Shown piece after piece: positions 54,324-64,000 of a DNA stretch of 64,000 bases. The notes under the pieces are model-generated. The model was given only the letters and a program-made list of their open reading frames with translations. It ran no database searches and had not been told where the DNA came from. The DNA is taken from assembly GCA_951406725.2 (NCBI GenBank), contig OX597820.1, positions 68,014,001 through 68,078,000 of the forward strand, given 5' to 3'. Every line of letters starts with the position of its first letter. Position 1 is the stretch's first letter. A program made the translations under genes and the position numbers. This stretch comes from Octopus vulgaris. Taxonomy: Eukaryota.

Positions 54324-54904
54324 TACCATTTGTTTGAGTCATTAATAGTGATTTGTTCTGTCACTCATTTCTATTAGTTTAAAGAAATGTAAACAAACCT
54401 TCAAATCTTGTTGCTGAATTCAAGCTCATTGCACTTTTTATTTTACGGGTTTTATATTTATTCTATACCAATTTAATTTAAAATTGTTATTGTTTCCACG
54501 CGGAAGATTGCAGTGATGTTAAAATAAGCCTCTCTAATCAAACTTGGACAGTTTCGAAACCTGGAATTTCTTGAAGGGCTAGTATCAAATATTAACATGC
54601 AATAAAACTGCAGATACGTGTCACACGTTGGTTCCAGCATGAGGGCGATATATTGCAAAATTATCGGCTCTGTTAGTGTATATGTTTTCATTCATGTGCA
54701 TTAACTACAGTATTAGAGGACTTTAGCTCTTATTTCTAGCAATGTAGGTGTTTCCTTACACCCTAGTCACATTTAGTGACATTTGTAATTCTCCGTTTTG
54801 GTGAAATATTTCAAACTGCTGTTTATATTAACTTTATACACACACACACGTAGTTGTATCTATGTGTGTGAATGAGTGAGTGTGTGGGTGTGCGTGTGTG
54901 TAGG

Positions 54905-55120
54905 TGTGCATGTTTTTGTGTTTGATTTCTTCCGTATCCCACCGCTTGACAACTGGTATGGGTGTGTTAATATCCCTGTGTTTTAGCGATTTTGGTAAAA
55001 GGAACCGATATAATAATAGCTTTAAAAAATAAATGCTAGTGTCGATTTAGTTGACTGAACTCTTCATGGCGGTGCTCCAGCATGGCCGCAGTCCAATAGG
55101 TGAAACAAGTAAAAGGTTAA
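54905..55120 (+). mobile_element. SINE family A 3' half
   Basis: accgcttgacaactgg..ggcggtgctccagcatggccgcagtc. Confidence 0.7.
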
Positions 55121-55852
55121 AGACATTCTGTCTTGAATATACGAAAAACGATAAACTATGGAATCTGTACAATTCCCTTAGTTTTCTGCATTCAGGAAAA
55201 CCTATCACAAACGTAAACCTCTTCTAAGTTTTAATAATTTAATAATAAAGTTTCAACTTTGTAGTTTGATAAAATGTTCAGAAAACATTAAAATGCCATG
55301 ATTGAATTAATAGTACACATATATTTTTATATTCAAGCAAGTGTACTGGGGAGCGTGAGAGAAATTTGAAGTGAAGAGTTTAAGAACAACATAGCATAAT
55401 GAAAATAAAATATACAAATGTAGATTAAATATTTAAAACTGCATCAAGAAACTTGAAAGAAAAAAAATGGTTTACTTCGACTGTTGTAAGTTATCAAAGT
55501 TCAACGAAGGTTTTATACCTGCCAACAAGTTCAAACTGTACTCGGAAATATAAATAATCATAAGTGTACAGAAATAAAAACAGTTATTCTGGATCGACTA
55601 AAATATGTACACACGCTACTGTGAGCTGATGCATTCAAATTCACGAAGTTCAATGAATTTGTTATAGTAAAACAGACACACATGCATACACACACACAAC
55701 TATACAGTATGTGTTTGATATATATGATATACACATGTAAGCTTATGTGATACATACATACATACATACATACATGCACACACACACACACACATATATA
55801 TATATGCATATATATATACTCATACACAAATACACGCACATACAAATATATA

Positions 55853-55933
<81 letters not shown>

Positions 55934-56966
55934 TAATACACAAATACACCCACATACAAATATATAGTGTGTATCTTATACATTATGCACACATGTATGT
56001 CTATATATGATACATATACATACACACATACATCTATTAATGAGTGTACATATGTATTGACCATATATGTGGTGCAGAATTGGTACAGAACATAAAGGAA
56101 ATCTTGGGTTTCTTCAACATCTCATCGAAGAAACTATGCACCAGTTTCTCCATTTCTTTCTTCACCACATACACACACACACACACACACACGCACACAC
56201 ACAACATGATCTACAGTTAAAGCATATACACTTAAATATTTCATATGCCTATATTTCCTTACTACACACAATTACACACACGTGTTTGCGTATGTGTGTG
56301 TGGATGCATGTACATGAATGTGTTTATGTATGTACATGTACGTTTATATGTTTCGCATTGCGTCTCAATGTTCTATTTAAATGTTTGTCCTAAGTTGTAG
56401 ATCGTGAGTATGTATTTCTGCTTGTACGTACATACGCTGATGGTGTCTGTATCATAAAAAGAAAAGTAAAACCAACCGATCGACCGACCAACCAACCAAC
56501 TCACTCACCCACCCACCCATCCACCTACAAACCAAGCAACCAACCAGCTAAATAAATAAACAAACACACAACAACGACATAGATTCATTTGGTATTTAAT
56601 GTTATTCATCTCCAAATATGATGTAGAAGTAAATTTTCTCAGGAGGTTTTCTTTTTATAAAACGTTATATTTGCCGAACGTTTGTGTCACAATCTACGAT
56701 CTGAACAACTAACTGGTGAATCTGCTTTTTGCCGCTTCTAACATCACTGCTGCTGCGCGGCCTCATTATTTTCTTCTTGTGGACATATTCTAGAAGGAAC
56801 TATTATTGATCGTGCCCTACGGCTTGGGGGGATTTTTACTATTCTTACTGCTGCCGCCAATATATATGTATATGTAAATGTGCGTGCGTGTGTATGTGTG
56901 TGCGTGTGTGTGTGTGTCTGTGAGTGATTGTATCTGTGTGGTGTATGCATATCTATCTATTTGTAC

Positions 56967-57025
<59 letters not shown>

Positions 57026-57409
57026 CATATACACATATATACATATATATAGATATTTATACATACATATGTATAATATATATATATACATTTATATATA
57101 CATACACACACACAAATGTACATATATATTATATGCATATATACACGTATATCCGCATATACATATGAATATGTATATATACGTAAATATATATATATAT
57201 ATAGACAAACACATATATTTACATACATGTATATATATATAGTTATAGTGTACACATACACAATAACATACATACATTTGTGTGTGTGTATATATGCATA
57301 TATATATATGTATGGTTATATATATATATATATATATATGTGCATATATACACACACAAATGTATGTATGTTATTGTGTATGTGTACACTATTCTTAACA
57401 TTACTATCT

Positions 57410-58075
57410 TCACCACCAACGCCGACACTACTTCCATCAAGAGAAGATAACAAACGCTGCTGCAATTCCCACCACCACCATTACCACTACAAGAACAACA
57501 ACTACGACCACTAGAAACAGTAACACCACTTCCGTTAATACAACAAGCACTACCGCGAACCCCACAACAGCCATTGCCGCCACTACCGCCGCCACCACCG
57601 CAAACAGCAATGCCACTTCCATCTACTCGATGAGCACTACTACGACCTCAACCAAAACCATTACCACCACCCCATACCACTAACTACACCATCACTTGCG
57701 ACGCCAGCACTACCAGCTCCAACCACCGCCAGGATCATCACCACCACCACCACCACCACCACCACCACCAAAACAACCACCACTACCACTACCACCACCA
57801 CCACCTCCACCACCAAAGCCACCACCACCACCACCACACCACCACCACCACACCACCACCACCACACCACCACCACCACACCACCACCACCATTATATGG
57901 ATAATGTAATTCTTGATATACAAAACATACAGGATGGTTACATTTGGAATATCTATGGAAATAGGCTTGCTCAATCACGGTTGAACTGGGGTTAAGTCAA
58001 GACACCACCACCGCTACCACCACAACCTACCACAAACCACCACCACCACCACCACCACCACCATCATCAGCAGCA
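57410..58075. repeat. Degenerate (ACC)n low-complexity tract
   Basis: Directly visible. Confidence 0.9.
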
Positions 58076-59082
58076 GCCGTTCAAGAATATGGACCTGGAG
58101 ATCTCCATTTCCAGCGACTTCGAGGGCCATCTTCCAGTGGTGTCGGGCGTCAACGAAGAGCCCTCGACTACAAGACGACCAAAGTGGTTTTTTTCCAAGG
58201 TCTGGGGTCTCCCGCCCCTAAGCCCTAGACCATAACCTAATCACCCTTTCCCGTCTTGTTGCTTAACAACAACAACAATCAGCAGCAGCAGCAGTAGCAA
58301 CAGCAGTAGCGGTAGTAAATCAGTACCACCACCAGTACCACCACTACTACCACAATCACCACTCAAATCATACCCTACCGTCTTTTTCAAATGCATACAT
58401 TGGAAAATGTAGTCTTACATACACGGTATTTCGAAAGAGGGTGGTTGCATCTAAAATGCAAGCAGAACTAACGTGAATGGTTTGATGGTAGTCTCTCGTC
58501 ATCCGAGAAAGACAGTTCTGCAATTTCTAGCTGAACAACCTGCATAAATAATTTGTTTATAGTGATTAAATGTTTGTGCTGTACATCAGCTCGTACCATA
58601 CATCAAATCGACGTTGCTTGAAGAGGTGCAAAGTATACCAAAACGTCAGGTGTCTAAGTGATCGCAACGTCAGATGAAGCGTTTTGCTTAAGAACAAAGC
58701 GCACCACTCGGTTCGGGAATTGAAACCACGATCTCGCGATCGTGAATGCGACACCCCAAACCTAACGTGGGAGGATAATATTGGCTAAAGAAACAGTAAC
58801 AGAAGTGCTAGTGTCCATTATTCCTCAAATAATGTTGTCACTAGTGGTAGGTTCTCCGTTGGTCTTGGCGATGAGCAATGTTGGATCAACTGGTGAAATG
58901 ATGAAATTAACGAGTACTGGAGGTGATTTGTTCGACTTCAAGACGGTGCTCTAGCATGGCCGCAGTACTATGATTGAAACAAGTAAAAAAATTAAGATAA
59001 AAGATTGTTGCTGTTGTTCTTTTCGTTAAATCGACTTATCCCTTCCCCCAAAATTTCAGGGTTTGCGCCTAACGTAGTAAGG

Positions 59083-59221
59083 ATTCTTCTTCTTCTTCTT
59101 CTTCTTCTTCTTCTTCTTCTTCTTCTTCTTCTTCTTCTTCTTCTTCTTCTTCTTCTTCTTCTTCTTCTTCTTCTTCTTCTTCTTCTTCTTCTTCTTCTTC
59201 TTCTTCTTCTTCTTCTTCATA

Positions 59222-59316
<95 letters not shown>
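59083..59316. repeat. Compound (CTT)n(GAT)n(AAT)n following a SINE B tail
   Basis: Directly visible after gtagtaaggatt. Confidence 0.95.
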
Positions 59317-59324
59317 TGTAGCTG

Positions 59325-59678
59325 ACGATATGTGCATCTCTGATCACGAGCAGAAGTAGTGGGGGAGCATCATAGCCATGTGATGAGAGGAATTATTTGG
59401 GGTTTAAATAATTCACCTCTGGAAACATGGGTGTTTCGTTTAACATCCTTAAATAATCCTTATTCAAGGACCTTTTGAGTGGGATGGGTTACTCGACCAG
59501 AAGAAAATTCTAACTGGGCCCCACCTGCAAGGTCATGTGCTGTTTATCTTCATATGAGATCACCATATCGCGCACATATGGTTGTGATGCATGTGCCTGG
59601 TGTACCCTTATCAGACGTATACTGGGCTTCGTATATTTTACCCCAGTGTCACTTTGATGGCATGCACTGCTCTCTCAC

Positions 59679-59754
<76 letters not shown>

Positions 59755-59765
59755 TAATAATAATA
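59325..59765 (+). mobile_element. Family D retroposon 3' end with (AAT)n tail
   Basis: Homologous to 10862-11390 (reverse complement). Confidence 0.75.
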
Positions 59766-60200
59766 AGGCAGTGGGCGAAATACTTAGCGGCATTTCGTCT
59801 GCCGCTACGTTCATAGTTCAAATTCCGCCGAGGTCGACTTTGCCTTTCATTCTTTCAGGGTCAATAAATTAAGTACTAGTAATGCACTGGGGTCAATGTA
59901 ATCGACTATCTCCCTCCCGCAAATTTCAGGCCTTGTGCATATAGTAGAAAGGATTATTCTTGTTGTTGTTGTTGTTGTTGTCGTCGTTGTTAAGGCGGCA
60001 ATCGATTGCATGCCGGACAAAATGCTCAGCAGCAATTCATCCGGTCTTACGCTCTCAGTACAAATTCCATCGCGGTCGAGTTTGCTTCACATCCTTTCGG
60101 GGTTGATAAAATAAGTACCAGTCGAACACTGGGGTTGATGTAATCCACTAAAATCTCTCAAATATTTCACACTTCCTGCCTACAGTATTAAGAATTATTA
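59766..60200 (+). mobile_element. Two SINE family B copies
   Basis: Family B motifs. Confidence 0.75.
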
Positions 60201-60339
60201 TCGTTGATATTTTCTTCTTGTTCCAATCAGGACTCACGCCATTAGCCATAAAGAATAATCTCTAAATCGAGCCTACTCTAAGCTACTAAGAATGCGTGTG
60301 GCAACTTGAAGATCTACCCACTACACGCGATAGACTGGC

Positions 60340-60680
60340 GGTTGCACGGGCGCAAAAGCTACGTTGTTATCTTCATTCCGTAAACGGTGGATTTTAACGG
60401 GTGGAGAGCTCAACCATCCTGGGGTACAGAGGATTCGAAATCTAGACTAGGGTCTGAAAGTTTACGACACCATAGTGGGTTACACCATGGTTCCTTTGCT
60501 TTGCGGCAGAAGTAGGAAAAAAGAGTGAGAGAAAGTTGTGGTGAAAGAGTACAGCGGGGTTCACCACCATCCCCGCCGGAGCCTCGTAGAACTTAGGTGT
60601 TTTTGCTCAATAAACACTCACATTGTCCGATCTGGGAATCGAAACCGCGTTCTTACGACCGCGAGTCCGCTGCCCTACTA
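60340..60680 (-). mobile_element. SINE family C
   Basis: Reverse complement of 24412-24740. Confidence 0.75.
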
Positions 60681-61151
60681 CGTTGTTGCTGCTGCTGTTG
60701 TTGTTGTTGTTGTTAATGATGATGATGATGATGATAATGGTAATGGTGATGCTGTCGTCGTTGTCATCGTCGTCGTGATTATTATTATTATTATTATTAT
60801 TGTTGTTGTTGTTGTTGTTGTGGTTGTTGTAGTTGTTATTGCTATTATTGTTCTTAGTTGTTCTCGGAATTACTATTATTGAATGTTAGCTTCTGTTTTT
60901 TTTTTGTTTTTTTTTTTTGGTTTAACCACAACTGACGACTTTATGCCCATCCTCGCCCCTCCCTGCTAATATCTTCTTCTCACAACACCTTTTTTCTACA
61001 GTCATCATCCTTCTCACTTTATTTCAAGATCGAAATCAGAAGGGGCACCGAAGCACAATACAGAGTACTTTAACAAACCACAATCACACCACTTCACATA
61101 CAACAGTGAAATGATGCTGTTTCACATAACCACGTTTGTCATACGAACAGT

Positions 61152-61227
<76 letters not shown>

Positions 61228-61769
61228 CACACGCACGTACGCACATACATACATACGTACGTACATAATTTCATTCATACATACATGCATACGTACGTAC
61301 ATGCGTACATGCATACATGAATACAGACGTATGTACATACATGGATATACGCACTTGAATGTATACAGATACACGTGCAAAATATACATGCATAAATACA
61401 TTAGACACAACCTCGGTTTCCATACAGACGGTCATACATATGTATATAAACATACATATATATACATACATAAATATGTACACTTGCGTATATACAGAAA
61501 CAATATACATACGCCCATACACTACATATAATAACGCTTTTCCTTCAGATGTTCTCACGTATAGATATACATACACATATATACACAGAAACATGCAAAC
61601 GTATACAGATACATGGGATATGTGTGCTTTTGTATATACTGACAAAAGTGCACGGCGTGCTTGTATTCAAATCACTCTTCTTGATTTCAGAACTATAGAG
61701 CAACCTTCCTGTAGATACACACACCCAGAAACGCAATCATAAATACACACACAAAATTCTATGTATGTA

Positions 61770-61812
<43 letters not shown>

Positions 61813-61875
61813 ATGTATGTATCTATTAATCTATCTATCTACCAATATATCTGTCTATATTCCGTCTATCTGTCG

Positions 61876-61930
<55 letters not shown>

Positions 61931-61984
61931 GTCTGTCTATCTATATATATATATGAACCTCTCTCTCTCTCTCTCTCTCTCGTT

Positions 61985-62215
61985 AATTCGCTAGCCTCTG
62001 CACGCATATTTTTTTTCTCTCCTTCTTTCTGTGTTTTTTCTCTGTGTATCTTTCTGTTGAAGAGCGTAGGCTCGAAACGTTAAAGACTTGTTTTATTTAT
62101 ATTTCCTGAGCGCCATACTAATACAATTGTTTGTTTGTATTCCACCTGCCTTCGTCTTTTGTTTATTTCCGTAAACCTGCCTTCGTCTTTTGTCTATTTT
62201 CATAAAGCTTCCCGT

Positions 62216-62216
<1 letters not shown>
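61985..62216 (+). mobile_element. Penelope-like terminal repeat fragment with hammerhead (62049-62086)
   Basis: Reverse complement of 21328-21525; tcttt-CTGTTGA-agagc-gtag-gctc-GAAA-cg-TT-aaaga. Confidence 0.75.
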
Positions 62217-62247
<31 letters not shown>

Positions 62248-62363
62248 AGAGAACAAGGTGTACGTACGCCACTATAAAATTCAAAATGGGATAAAAACGC
62301 AAAAAATCCAGACAACTAGGTGATACAAAAAGGGACAACAAAACATCCAGATAGACAAGGACG

Positions 62364-62433
<70 letters not shown>

Positions 62434-62434
<1 letters not shown>

Positions 62435-62650
62435 GAGGGGATAGTGAACATTTTGTGGCTTTGAGTAAAAGAAAATACAGGAGATTCAGTTAATTATGTG
62501 ATTTTATTCAACATAATCCTCTCTCAGACTCATACACTTATTGCAGCGGTCCTTCGCATTTTCTAAGCCCTGAAAAAGAACTCGAAAGGTTAGGCCTCCA
62601 AACAGGACTTTCGCGATACCTTTAATCCAGGAACTTTTCAACCCCCCTCG
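62434..62650 (-). mobile_element. Mariner-derived MITE
   Basis: TA|cgagggg...cccctcg|TA TIRs; internal GLENAKDRCNKCMSLREDYVE resembles a mariner C-terminus. Confidence 0.8.
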
Positions 62651-62751
62651 TATATTTACATATATATATTGCATATACATATATACAATCATACATACAT
62701 ACATACACACATATGTGCATACATACCTATATACATACATATGTATATATG

Positions 62752-62796
<45 letters not shown>

Positions 62797-63484
62797 CAAA
62801 GTTGAGTTACATACATTCACACATATATCTCTATATATAGTTCATAGATAAGAATATCAGATATTCTCCGTATAGACTACACTTTGTGGTGCTCAAGAGA
62901 TTTAAACTTGAGCGGGTATAGACTTACATTTACTTCTATATCTCTCTCTACATATACACACTCATTTAATTATAAACATACATATACCTATACTCACATC
63001 CATCGAACTTCCAGAGAAATTCCGTTTACCAAATTCCATTGAGAACTTTATGATCGACTCTAAGACATTTATTCCAAGTAATATAGCGCAAGTACCGAAC
63101 ACAAAAATTATGTAGTTGCGATGTAGACTTCTTTTCACAAAGTTCCATTGTTTTCCATCCTTTTGGAATCGGTTAAAATAATAGGCCAATTATGTACAAG
63201 TGGGATGGACTTCAATACGATCGAATATCACGGTTTCCTTCAACCTGCTAGAATTTTTCTTATCGAAGAATTCACTATTTAAGGAACTTAGCAATTTATA
63301 TACATTTATATTGCTTGTAGTTTTCTACAGCTGTTTCAAATTTCTTCATAAATCCTAGGATATTTTGATGTTACAGATTCAGAGTTACCATGAAGTCATA
63401 AGTGACATCTAGTACTTATAAAACACTCTCACACACACTCACCACACACAGGCATACACATTCACAAACACACCATAAAGACTT

Positions 63485-63640
63485 GAGTGGCTGTGTGGTA
63501 AGTATCTTGCTTACCAACCAGATAGTTCTGGGTTCAGTCCCACTGCGTGGCACCTTGGGCAAGTGTCTTCTGCTATAGCCTCGGGCCGACCAAAACCTTG
63601 TGAGTGGATTTGGCTGAGGGAAACTGAAAGAAGCTCGTCG
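63485..63640 (+). mobile_element. SINE family A head
   Basis: gagtggctgtgtggtaagta..gaaactgaaagaagctcgtcg followed by (TA)n. Confidence 0.85.
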
Positions 63641-63658
63641 TATATATATATATATATC

Positions 63659-64000
63659 TTGGGTTTTCCGGAAAGTTCGTGCCGATTTTTAAAGGAAAGA
63701 AAATGGTCAATAAATACTTGCCATTACATTTTTAATCAACCAAATATGAACCATTTTGTTGCACAATGAGTCTCCATCTTTCCTTTAACTTGAAAATACC
63801 TTCTTCCCAGAATTGAGGTGGCAAAGAATTCATCAAGGTATCTTTTTACGTCATCCAAGGAATTGAAATTTTTACCATTAAGACTATTCTGCAGAGACCT
63901 AAATAAGTGTGAATCCGAAGGAGCAATATCTGGTGAACACATTCCAGGTAACACATCCCAGGGTAACACATCCCAGCCGACCTGCAGCAATTTTTGTCTG
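63659..64000 (-). pseudogene. Mariner (DD34D) transposase 3' end and TIR, running off the window
   Basis: GWDVLP..SPDIAPSDSHLFRSLQNSLNGKNF (YSPDLAPSD motif). Confidence 0.88.

Noticed and set aside
57661-57995. Pro/His-rich ORFs suggesting a formin-like protein or transcription factor
   Set aside because: Derived from an (ACC)n tract, with no domain or splice support.
58128-58140. catcttccagt similarity to the miR-141/miR-8 family star strand
   Set aside because: The opposite arm lacks the required UAAYACUG mature sequence.

Overview
AT-rich animal DNA, probably intronic or intergenic, saturated with microsatellites and transposable elements. The SINE families resemble those I recall from Octopus genomes (inference, not a database result). 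No intact protein-coding gene is visible, and almost all track ORFs are read-throughs of simple repeats. The window holds many tRNA-derived SINEs of at least three families, decayed Tx1-type L1 LINEs, a CR1 fragment, two Penelope-like elements (PLEs), non-autonomous Helitrons and Tc1/mariner relics. Best observations: (1) a near full-length U2 snRNA copy fused directly to a Tx1 LINE 3'UTR at 51.6-52.0 kb, a candidate SINEU-like retroposon; (2) seven minimal hammerhead ribozyme motifs, two sharing a CUGUUGA core variant; (3) seven fold-back inverted repeats at microsatellites, including a near-perfect 440-bp palindrome; (4) a few unique islands, including a candidate minus-strand terminal exon with a GPI/TM-like tail and several RNA hairpins. 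Repeat boundaries were read by eye and are approximate.
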